Positions 15,279-26,800 of a DNA stretch of 64,000 nucleotides are shown piece by piece. Source of the stretch: the human T2T-CHM13v2.0 reference genome, Homo sapiens; the NCBI RefSeq assembly GCF_009914755.1, contig NC_060947.1; one strand, written 5' to 3'. A program made the position numbers and the translations under genes. Within the stretch, counting starts at the first letter, position 1, and each line of letters starts with the position of its first letter. The notes below the pieces were generated by a model. The model made no database searches, had not been told where the DNA came from, and saw nothing but the letters and a program-made list of their open reading frames with translations.

Positions 15279-16996
15279 ACCTTTGTAATCTGCATAAATC
15301 TGGGTCACCCTAATGTTCACCTCCGCTTAGTGCATATTCAGAAGATACACTGCTCTAACAATCCAAAATAATTGAAAACCTATTTAAATTGTTTACAGCA
15401 GTATCCACAAAATGTAAAGAGGGAATTCCATTCATAGCACTCAGCCAAATTCCTCTTCACTCACCTTTCATCATAACTTCATCATCACAACTATTGCGTT
15501 ATGAGGAAAGCCCCATTTCTTTTCAATCTCTTTTCTCTTCCTTGAAGTTACGTACTCTCGACCCTTCCCATTGCAAACCAATCAAACTCTTTTCAGTTCA
15601 AGCCCTCACCCATTGGCCAGATATGTATGTTAAGGCCCAATAACTATTAGGCAAAGGCAAAATCCTTACTAGGCAGAGTTTTTATTTTGTTTTGTTTTCC
15701 TATAATACATGCAGAAACAAAATTTCCAGGCAACCTTTAAACGTCTGCTTACCAAGGCCTTTAATTTTCCCCCTCCAGTAAATATTTCACCATGTTCTAA
15801 TGTGATAGATTCTAAATCCCCTCCACCTCCATCAGTGAAATTATAGAACAGCCAATAAACGACAAGGGGTCAAAAGCAGGGAGACCTGGGTAGTCCAGGA
15901 CCTAGCAAAGGAATTCTGCAAGTAATGGAGTGTTGCATTTGTTGGCAAAAACATGGTCACAAAAAGTACCGTCTCTTCTACTTGGCCTGGTTCCCTCGAA
16001 GCTGAAGTTTCCCAAAAAGTATTACTAAAGTCTCAAGAAAGAGCTACAGGAAGAACAAGGTGCATAAGGTGTCTCTCTGCTTCTTGGAGCTGGACGGTTT
16101 CCAAGGGCTGAGATACATCTAGATGGAGGAGGGGGCCCTGACTGCCTTGGGCTGTTTCTGTCCCTGCCTTTGCCCCTGCCCATGCCCCTCAGTCTCTAAA
16201 GCCCAGACACCCCCTCCAGCAGAGTGATGAGCCTATTTTTAAAGACCAGGCATACTCTGAATGAATAATGACCTCTCTTTTTCTCTACCCTGTGCCAATC
16301 AGTGACTCATCAACCATTTTCTAAATGACTATGTTTTCATTCCCCAGTTTCCTTCACAGTGCGATATTAGAGAAGATTAAATGCAGCCCCTAGCTGCCTC
16401 CCTCTGCTTTTCTGCGTCTTGTTTTAGAGATGTTAATGCCCCCAAAATAGAAGCATTTCATTGAATACTGATCATTTAGTGACAAGTGAAAACACACACA
16501 CACAGCCGTGTTAGGGAAAGGTTTGTATGACTTCCAGGAGGAGGATGGGTAAAAAGAAAAGAAAGTGGTATCTTGGACTATGATGGCAAATGTGGTATCT
16601 CATCTGGACCTCATTCCCTGCCCCTCACTGGACTCCTAAATTTCCAGGCTGGGGCCCTTTATTTAGGAGCTACCTACACTTTGTATGGTCACTTTCTACT
16701 CCTTGCTATTCTCTTACTGCCAAATCGTTGTTTTCTTTTCTAGGGTTTTCTCTTCCTACTCCTGCTCCTGGACATCACTGTTTCCAAAATGAGGCTTGTC
16801 TTTTGTCCCAGGGGAAAAAAGAGGGTTTGGATGGTGAACATAAACTCATCACCATTTTTGGGCTAGTTATACTTCACTTATCCTGCTGCTGATGGGCCTG
16901 TGGTCTTATCTTCTTGACCAAAAAGAAGAAAAAAAAAAAAGAAAAGAAAAAGAAACCCAACAACCCAATCCCAATCCTTAGATGCCCCTTCTCTAC

Positions 16997-17720
16997 TGTG
17001 CCAGGGATCTTCTCTTTGTTCTTCTCCACTTTGCTCTGTGGCCCATGAGCTTCATTTACATGGATTACATCAACAGAATTCTCTAGTCCACAGACTTCCA
17101 GATGAGTTTGAACTGGGGAGAGTATCAGAAGTAGATTTGGTGGGTTGGGGGTGGGAGGACAGTGAGATTTAGGTATTTATTCTGCTCAGTTCCATCTTTG
17201 GCCTGATTCTGTCCCATGCCCTAAGGTCACTGCTTCTTTCAAGAAAGACTGCCTACATTACTCTCTCCTTCTGGTAACCACTCTTCCTTTGGGCCTAGGG
17301 GTGGTAACAGCTCTGCTGCTAAGTCCTGAGTCCTTGCATTGTGCCCACTTGCTGCCATTGTGTAATTAGTCCCTCAGTGAAAGAACACCAACATGGCACA
17401 TGTATACATATGTAACAAACCTGCATGTTGTGCATATGTACCCTAGAACTTAAAGTATAATAAAAATATTAAATAAATAAGTAAATAAGTACAATAAAAA
17501 AGCAGAGTTCATTATTTGTTTATAGCTTTTCCAAGAAAGCCTTATTGAAATATAATTGCTATTCAATAAAGTGCACATATATAAGAAATTAATTGTACAC
17601 TTATACGTGTACACTCATGAAATCATAATCACAATCAGAATAAAGAATATATCCTTCAAAAAAAAAAAGAATGCTCTTCAAATCATTAATCGGTTTCCTC
17701 TTAAGATCCCAACTGGTCCT
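16997..17720 (+). mobile_element. LTR33-like ERVL solo LTR, split by the insertion at 17385-17668
   Basis: ctccactttgctctgtggccc...; the 3' motif gtccctcagtgaaagaa|tgctcttcaa rejoins across the insertion. Confidence 0.55.
17385..17668 (+). mobile_element. Severely 5'-truncated L1PA (PA4/5-like) 3' end plus ~155 nt of extra sequence and a second poly-A
   Basis: ACACCAACATGGCACATGTATACATATGTAACAAACCTGC...CCTAGAACTTAAAGTATAATAAAAA is the L1PA terminus. See findings. Confidence 0.85.
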
Positions 17721-18189
17721 ATCTTCACCTGTTCTCCGTCCCCACCCTGCCCTGTCGTCCTACTTTGCTCTGATTTTTCTCTCACTTCCTGCAGCATCTT
17801 CTGGCCTCCTTAGGCCTCTAGCATGAAGCACAGCGAGCCTTCTGAGGCATCTGCTGACCCTTAGAGACACAGCATCAAAGGGGCACAGTGGCAGGGATGA
17901 GCCTTTCTGGAGCAAGAAGTACGGCCTCTCAGAAATCTTCAGAGTTATGATCTCAACGTGTTGTGCATGAGCTTCAGTTGCTGGGGTTAAAGGATGAGGA
18001 TTGATTTGGAGCTGGTCTCCCTTGACTAGAGCAGTGATTGAAAAAAAAAAATGGAGCTGGATTTTTTTATCATGGCTCAAGCCCTCCACATTACAATGTA
18101 CTTGTCCTGAGCCTGCAGGACTTCTTCCTCTGTGAATCATTCCCAGATCATCTAAGGCTACAGTAAGCTCTACAGCAACTGCATCTCAA

Positions 18190-18370
18190 TAATTATAATA
18201 ATCATAATTATAATCATCATAATGGCTACCAATTACTGAATGCCAACTCTGAACCAGGCGCTCCGCCTGGTGTTTTGCCTCAGTAAACCAAATGGAAGTT
18301 CCCATCTCACTCTTAAGGGCTGGCTTCCGCACGGTATTTGAGAAAAGGTCACATTGAATCCCGATCCATT
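18190..18370 (-). mobile_element. MIR, degenerate
   Basis: ataatggctaccaattactgaatgcc...ccaggcgct. Confidence 0.5.
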
Positions 18371-18426
18371 CCCAAGTTGTCCACTGGGGTCTCTCGGCTT
18401 CCCTGAGTCACGTGTTACTTCCGGTT

Positions 18427-18440
18427 CCACCAGGGGGCGC
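18427..18440 (+). promoter_or_regulatory. CTCF core motif, forward orientation (toward NHS)
   Basis: CCACCAGGGGGCGC is an exact match to the canonical CTCF core. Confidence 0.8.
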
Positions 18441-19035
18441 AAAGAACTTCACTGTGGGTGGAGGTCTGGAGCCCTAAGAGGGCCTGCACTTCGGTATGTC
18501 TGGGAGTTTTGCGGGGTGGGGGTGGAGGGGGGTGTAGTGATGATTGCCGAGTCCCAGCTCTCACTTTCCTTCCCGACACAGCCAGACTGTGATGCGGGTC
18601 TGTCAGTCTGTGAGGAAGGTTTGAGTAGCATCAAAGGGAAAACCGCCCGTGAAAGGAAGGATGAAAAATCGCAGGACCCTTTGAGGTGTTTAGCTGTCAC
18701 AGGCGGACTCTTAGAAGCACACCCCAGTTCATGTCCTGGCCCTGGCTCTCCGCTTCCACCTCAAGTCAGCTCTCTCTGTGGAAGCCCTTCCTTCTTCCAC
18801 CTCTGCCTCTCCCCTTTTGGAAATGTTCATCCACTGGGACCGTTCTCATCCCCAGGATGCATCCCTCTTCCCCCAGCAGGACCCCTCCTCCAGTGTGAGT
18901 TAGTCAATGGGAGGACCTCTGCCCTGTCCCCTGGGTGGCATATATCTGTTCTCTCTCCCTCAAGACCTGCACGCTAAGGTGAGGGACAGATGCATGTCTT
19001 TACTCTTCAGTTTGTGTTGACAGTAGCTGTGGGCA

Positions 19036-19038
<3 letters not shown>

Positions 19039-19107
<69 letters not shown>
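19039..19107. repeat. Compound microsatellite (CT)16(CA)18
   Basis: Read directly from the sequence. Confidence 0.97.
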
Positions 19108-19112
<5 letters not shown>

Positions 19113-19519
19113 GAGATCTCCCAAGGACAAATATTGATTCTCGGGATCAACATAGTCTACACCCAGATGGAGAAAGAATTCTTTCCCTAAGTGCTTCCAC
19201 ACTTTGCAAGGCCCCTCTCCCGCAGTGAACTTGGTACTTCACATCATTATATGATAGCAGTTGGTTTGTCTATTCATTTTTCCCTTTCAAGTTGCTCAGT
19301 CTCGGCTCTTTGAGAATGGACTCTTTAATGGCCACCCCTTTCTCTATGCAAAGACCCAGTCCAGGTGGAGAGATGACCAACTATATGAGATATTGCATTT
19401 CTTAGTTAAGGTCCCTCCTCTGCCCGATGGAGTGGGTTTGGTTTCATTCCTCCAGTTCCATATATCTTAAGCTCTAGACCCTCACAACTTCCTGGGGTGG
19501 CTGAGATTCTTTTCCCACA

Positions 19520-19930
19520 TTCTTTTCCCTAGTGAATGGCCCATCAATCTGGGGACCTAGGAATTGGCCTTTTCTCCTTTCACGCTCTAGCCCTTATATC
19601 ACATACATTACCAAGTTCTGGTGATGTTAACTCCTTGACTGTTTCTGGAACCTATCTGCCTCTTTCCATTCCTCCCACTTCCACCACTCCCACCACTGCC
19701 GGCATGGTGGCTGCCAGTCCGTTCATCCCGTCATCCTTCCCATCCCTTATCTGCCATTGCTGTTCACTTTTTCACTAGTTGTATGTGATCATACCTCCCC
19801 CAACTAAACTACAAGCCCATGAGGGCAAGAATTTTGTCCATCTGGTTCACTTCTGTATCCCTGGTGCCTGGCACAGTGCCTGGTAGGTAATAGGCGTTCA
19901 ATACTTACTTGCTGAATGAATGAATAAATT
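19520..19930 (+). mobile_element. L2 3' end
   Basis: aagcccatgagggcaag...gtgcctggcacagtgcctgg...ttgctgaatgaatgaa terminus. Confidence 0.8.
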
Positions 19931-20093
19931 GTTGAGTCCAATTCACTTATCTCAGAGGCTGGGAGATAAAGCCTCTAGCACTGTCTTGTATACAGGAAGC
20001 TGTCGAAGAATACCTGTTGGATAAATGAGTATTTCTTTTGCTCAAGGCCATGTAGCTAATTAGTGGCAGCACTTAAATCAAGTCTTCTTACTC

Positions 20094-20269
20094 CAGGTGA
20101 TTCATATTCTTGGCTGTACATTAGAAACACCTGGGGAGTTAAAAAAATTCCTGATGCCCAAGCTATACTCTAGACCAATTAAAGTAGAACTTCTTGGTGG
20201 GGTCTAGGTGTAAATATTTCTTAAAGCTTGCCAGGTGGTTCTGATGTTCAGCCAAGGTTGAGAACCGTA
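20094..20269. mobile_element. MER5A-type hAT-Charlie MITE
   Basis: cttggctgtacattagaaacacctggggag...ccaggtggttctgatgttcagccaaggttgagaacc, with long inverted arms. Confidence 0.85.
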
Positions 20270-23205
20270 TTAAATCATGAAGTAGCGCCAAGGTAACCCC
20301 ACACTCCTCACACTGCATCTAATAGAAAAAGTTTGAGAAAAATTAAAAACCTCACTGAGTGAATTGAACATTGAAGGCCCTCAAATAGTGGTAGCTTGTG
20401 GGAGAAAGAGAGCACGTCATCATATTGGGTTGGGGTTGGGGCCATACCCTGGTAAGAACCAACATGTGTTAATCTCCAAAAGTGAACCCTGAGGGCAGAG
20501 AAATTGTTTTGTAAGGTGGGTGTAGGCACTAGAAGAAAATAGGTAATAAGAATGTATTCGAGACTGGTTACTGGGAAGCTATTGCCTAATAATCCTCTTA
20601 GACCACAGAAGAGTAACTACAGGGATTTGAGGTGGATTTTTTGTTTGCGTCATTTAAAATGGGCAAATCTCCAGCTGTGTTTACCAAGGAAACCCTTTTA
20701 GGCAATGATGGGTAATAGGTTGGAGGAGTTGTTTTCTCCCAGAAAAACATCATGTTGGATAGCCGTAGTACTTGGTGGTTCATATTATCCCAGAATCGCC
20801 AACCCCTTTGCTTGAGGCTTGTTTTCAGGACTGCCATATGTGAAGCTGGGAATTATGACTTGAAAGAGAAGTGAGAAAAGAAAGGATGGGTGACTTGCCC
20901 AAGGATTGCTTTAAGTCATTGAAATCACTGGGAGAGAATGCTGTTCTCAGAGTTCCCAATTTTGAGCCCCTGCTCCATCCTTGGGATGTTACCCTAACCG
21001 CAGAGGGCCAATGTCATGCAATTAGAACTCCTTACAATGACAGTTTCTTAAATACATTACTGGGTTTCTTAAAATATGAGGGAACAGCAAAGTAAACCAC
21101 TGTCCAATAGCACAGAATTAGATTTTGTCTATTTGTAACATATATAATAAATAGATACTGACATTAATATATAAAGTACTTAAGTTAGGTATTATGACTC
21201 AATACAATGTTTAATTGAAATACTATGTTTACATGGCCAATACTTCTATTTATAAAGAATTGCCCAGAGGGATTTTTCAGAGCTATGAAGATGCATGGAC
21301 TAGCCTGTCAATTTATTCTAGGTTTTAGCCATTCAAGTGGCATACACAGGAGAACAAGACTAAGGAGGAAGAAAGGTTATACCGATTCCAGGGCTTTACT
21401 AAGATGGAATCCTGTTTTGGGTGGAAAAACCAAGCCATAGTTATTGTAAAGCTGATGGAATTGGCCCAAATGGAAACTCAATTGCAGTAGCTTTTCTTAC
21501 CTCCCAAGTCTAACAGTTCTCTCATGTTACCTTCATTTTACACATGGCTTTATTCCTCTGGTGTGGACATAATCTGCAGTGTACATTTCATGTGTTTTAA
21601 CATTAAAAACAATAAACCAGCATGCAAGAATTCAGCATGGATTAATATTGAAAACATCAGTGGTTGGAAACATGCAATCTTGAAATCAGAAGGGTCATTT
21701 AGGTCAGTTCCTTCCCTCTAGGTATTTGAATGTTTAAACACCAAGATGTTGAGTTTGGAGACAGGTCATTGTAAAAGATCTCTAGGACTAGAGAGTCCAT
21801 AAACTCAATTCAGGGTTTTTACAGTCAGGAGACTTGTATCATTTGTTTATTTCATATATTATCATATTTTTTCCCCTGGGTGAAGCCCAATTCTTCTTGT
21901 TTAGAAAAAATTACAGTATAAGAAGACAGGTCCTAGGGCAGAGGAAGGTTTCATAGGCCATAGGACACTAACAAGGTAGTCTTTGGCAAAAAAGTGGTCA
22001 CCTTAGGGCTGTGCAATGAAAGAGTAGGGAAGAGTGGGGCAATGTTCTACTTTTGAATACTTAAGAACTGTTATCTAATTATCTACTAATATGATAAAAG
22101 ATTAAGTTCCCAAGGCATGCTACAGCTGTAAATTGAGCTTATGGTAGAACAATCATAGTTACTCAGATCATATGTGATTTCAAAAATCAGCTCTCTCAGC
22201 ATTTCCATTTTATGGACGCTTGAATCCCTTTGAAAGTAATGCCATCTTTCCAGTTCCTTAAAATATTAAAGATCATTTTCTTCTTTTTGTACGGTAAATA
22301 ATTTAAAAACCCAATTTTAAGCAAATACTGTTTAATTTTAGGTTAATAATTGATTAAACAAGTAATTAAAACTTACTAGGAAACACAATGTAATTTTTTA
22401 CTACTATTCATAATCTATAAAAACAAATTTTAATATTTTCCTATTTAACAAATGACATTATTTATCGGCCTTAAATTGCTTATATAATAAAAACTAGACC
22501 GTCAACAAATTAAATTGACATATTATTTTGTATGTGGTTCTGGGACTGAATGTACATCAAAATTCAGTAGAAATTTAAATCTATGTTCAGACATCAAAAT
22601 AGACAAAAACTATTTTCATGACATGATGTTAATAATTTATATTGTACTTTTTATATATGACACATTTGAAGGTTTTTAAAAATGATAATGTGGGATAAAA
22701 GTTTTAATGCTATTTTCAATGAGCATAACAAATCACAGTGTGAATAGTTTTTATTTAGTGCAAATGCAAAATGGTAAAATTATCACTATACTTTCTAAAT
22801 TTAACATTAATTATTGAGGTACTGGAAACATCCTGATGAGTACATAAGATTTTGATACGTTGAATACTGATCTAGAGGAGATTATCATAATTATTCCTGT
22901 TTTTATGCTTCACATTAACTTGTGCCTCAATATTAAGAACGCTTATGCATCTTATCTTATGCACTGGCCAATTGAGGGTCAAATTATGATTAACAGTTAA
23001 AACTATTAGCATGTTACACTGGTCAGAACCAACAAGGTGGCTAGCTATGTTTAGTTGGATGATGATATATTGTGTGAGTTATAAGCAAGCCCCTCTAATT
23101 TCTACTAACCTTAATTCAAATGGGAATGGTTTCTGATGGTTTGTTCCAAAGGAGAAATGCAACAAATTCTATTCCTTATTAATTAAAGAAAAATGGCTAC
23201 AGACA

Positions 23206-23620
23206 CTGCCTTAGATCAGGATCCCAGGAGCAGAACCTGAGGTGGGGAATTTTCAGTGCAGATGATTTAGTAAGATAATGCTCCCAGGAGAAACCTGTGA
23301 AGTATGAAGGAAGCAGAGGTGGCAGGGGAAGGATCTAAGCAAAGATGTGGGTTCAGGAGAAGGCCAGCCTCAGCCTGATGCCATAGAGAGTGCTGGAGTG
23401 TGAGTACCAGCACAGGGTTTGTTTTGCACTCCACCATTGAGTCATTGGCCATGGGCTTCCCTTCTTGGGGGATATAATCTTCCAGGCGGGACCCTCTGAG
23501 ATACAGGAAATCCTCCAGAGCAGGGTGCACCTGTGAGCAGTTAACATCCACAGACATGGGGGCTGAGTGTGCTGGCTGGGTGAAGAGAATCTGGAAGGGG
23601 AATCAACCATCACCTGCTAC
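23206..23620 (-). mobile_element. LTR16-like ERVL solo LTR
   Basis: tgccttagatcaggatcccaggagcagaacctgag...gtgcagatgatttag is the reverse of the LTR16 3' end. Confidence 0.7.
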
Positions 23621-23724
23621 AGACATAATTTCTTTTTATTATTTTAAGTATATAAACCCAGTAGAAGCAGCTCCTGAATACATAAACTGTTTGTTGTGGA
23701 ACAAATGAATGTTTAATATTGTGT

Positions 23725-23877
23725 GCCTGTCTCTCCCTAATTGTCTCTCCCTAATTGGAAGTTAAGCTCCATAAGGGCAGGTCTTGATCTCATTAGTTTG
23801 CAGATGATTCCTTGGTTCCTAGAATAGCCACAGACACATAGTAGGTATTTGTTGGATAACATCTATGGAATGAATGA
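23725..23877 (+). mobile_element. L2 3' end with a 14-bp tandem duplication (TGTCTCTCCCTAAT x2, 23728-23755)
   Basis: taagctccataagggcagg...cacatagtagg...gaatgaatga. Confidence 0.7.
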
Positions 23878-26800
23878 GACAGATCCAGAACCCTCATCTC
23901 CTGAATTTTGTAGCATTGCTTTGTAGGGAATTGGTACTCCTGCCAGTCAGAACCACATCTGACTGCTTGTACAGTGGCCGACCCAAATAGGGGCATTTTT
24001 CTCACAAATACAAGAAATCTGGAGTAGGGCAAATCCAGGTATGGGAGGACACTTGGCTTTATTATTTATAATCCAGGAGCCTTCTCTCCTTTAGCTTTAC
24101 CATCCTTTGCATGTGACTTTTATCCTCATGTATGACACAGTCACAGGATGGCCCTTCCATCTCAGTCTGGATTCCATTCTGGTGTGTGTGTGGGGGATGG
24201 GGGGAGATGAAAAGGGAAGGAGCAGGAAGCAGCAGCTCCTGTATCAGGAAAACAGAAACATTTCCAGAAATCTCTAGCAGATTTCCATGTAGATGTCCTT
24301 GTCCAGAACTGTGTCATCTGGCCAATCCTGAATGCAAGGGAGTCTGGGACTATGAGCAGATTGGCTGGTGACATTGCCACACAGGACAAAATTGGGATTG
24401 CGTTAGGAAGGAAGAAGGGGATAACGGGTGTCTGCCACTGTAGCAAAACTACACCAGGCCTATGGGTGTGTGAATACAAATACCCAACAGCAAAGAAGGC
24501 AACATTCAAATAAAAACAGAAAATAATTTTAAAAACTCAAAATCCCTGCTTTCTTCTTTTTCTGCTTCTCTATCCTTTTATTATGACTTTCTTAGCAACC
24601 AAGGTGAAGTTGTCCCCAAAGTCAGTAGGCAGGAAATACTTTAAACGTGTTTCAAAACAGATCAAAATGAAGCTGTAACTAAGGCACTTGCCTACAGCCC
24701 TTTTTTTCAACAAAATTCTTGTACCACTGTTTATTTTCATCCTAGTGGCCTGGTATTCCATCTGTACACTAGTGAGTGTGTAGGATGGTCACCTTTTAAA
24801 TTCTTTTTCTCTACAGTAGGAAATTCAGACTCCTGCAATGTTTCTGCTAGTGTTGTCGTTACTATAGGAGACTCCTAGCTGCTATTGTGCTTTATAGCAA
24901 GTCTTGAGTTTCTCCATGGAGAAGGTTTTATTATTTCCAGACTCTTATTGAACCCATTATGAGGCCATCGAGACAGGATGAGAAATAAAAATGACTACTT
25001 TGTGCACTGGGCTGTTATTCCTGGATCTTTACAATTGAAGTGGAGAAAGAAAACACCTCCGAAAAAATAATTTAAGAGGCATGGCTGGTTGGTTGTCTCA
25101 GATTTGATCCCAGGAGTCCTGTAGTTCATGCACAAATATGAAAAGGACCACATAAGTACGTTTTAGTGACATTTTTTAGTTACAAATCTCCTGGTGATAA
25201 AATCACCTTTCCCATTAAGGGTCATCTGGGTGCACAATTTAAGGGTTGGCCTTTCTATTAAAGTGCCTTTGCTTCAAGAGTTCTGAATTTCCATTTACAG
25301 AGGAGTTTTCTCTGAGTGTTTGATCATGCTGGGTTTGAAGTGGTGTGTTGATATTTTTGTGCCTTTGTGTTCCCCATTCATAAAATTGGTTGTAATTTTG
25401 ATTGTATTCATGAGGAGGTACCGAGTCAAATATCCTGGCCCCAAGAGGGTAAGACACCATTTCTGCAAGTAGATTTGTTAGCTAAGTTCATCAGAAGGGT
25501 ATAACAGTTCCTTCCAAAGAATAAGACTCACACCTAGTATTGCTAATTGGCCAGATATTGTTTTTGTTATTTGTTACAGCTTGTCTAATGCAATATCATA
25601 TATTATTATCCAAGTGAGCATCTTACGGTGATGTTAACTTGTTATACACCCACATAAAATATGTTATTCTCTGGTTTTCTTATTAGATTTACTAACATGT
25701 CATTGTTGTACCATTAACATTTAACAGCCTAGGAAGAGGAAAGAACATGCTATATTATACAACTCTTGGCAAAGCCAACACTGATATAGAGAAGTCATTA
25801 AGCTTCAGGAAGTTTTTACTTTCTTGTATGCAATTTCTTATCATTAATATACAGTTTGTATTCCTCCCAGGCCCCCTGATTTTGTAAAGGAAATAGAAGG
25901 AGAGAAAGGCGGAGGGGAGCCAGGAAGAGACACAAATGAGACTGAGCCATTTCTAGTGCCTGCACTTACATCAGTAATTAATCAAACTAATGGGGAGTTC
26001 TAATTCGGTGCTTTGCTACCCTTAAGCCCTGTAATTGCGGTGTCTCTGAACCCAAAGGAAACACGTTGCGCTCTGCATGCCCAGGCGCATAGCTTTTAAA
26101 TCTTCATAACTCTGTAATTACTACAGTGCTTTCCTTCAAATCTGGCTCAATTTCACTTCCTTAATGAGCACCACAATCTTGATAAAGTTTGAAGTTTGCT
26201 GCCTCTGCTGTTCACAAGGACTCAACCCCAGACTGATAATGTGAGTTGTAGATTTTACTCCCTCAAGTTTCTCTCCAAAAGAGCTGATTTATTACAGGAC
26301 CACCACAGTCAAAAGCAATTCCTCTGAGTCAAGGCCAGCACTGGGTGTTTTCATCACAGAAGGGTGCTTGGGGAGGAAATTCTGAACAGTTAAAAAGTGG
26401 GGGGAGCTTATGAACTCCTGGAGAATGGCCGTTTAGCTTTATTAGCACCCTATGCCCTAGAGACTGTGGTTCATCCTACCTAATTGAAGACTTTTCTTCA
26501 TAGGAAATATATTAAAAATCTTCCACTTCCTCTTTATAAACTGAGCCCTGCCAAAGAGTGAAAATTATAAATCAGCTATTTTTTAAGAGAAAAAAACCAA
26601 CATAATTTCCACATTATTTCTCCTACCGCCTGGTTTTCAGGGTTTTTAAAAGACTTGTTGGGAATGCCATTTAATGATTATAGTCAAAAGCACATTTTCT
26701 CCTGCAGCTGGTTGGAGGGTGTCTTAATTTTAGCCACTGTTTTGTTTTTAACCATGTAGCGCTGCCTCGTCTTGGCTTTGGTCTTTCCGTTTCTAACCTG

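Noticed and set aside
18354-18977. 207-aa ORF upstream of NHS
   Set aside because: TTG start, no recognisable domain, no supporting splice structure; it overlaps the regulatory motif cluster.
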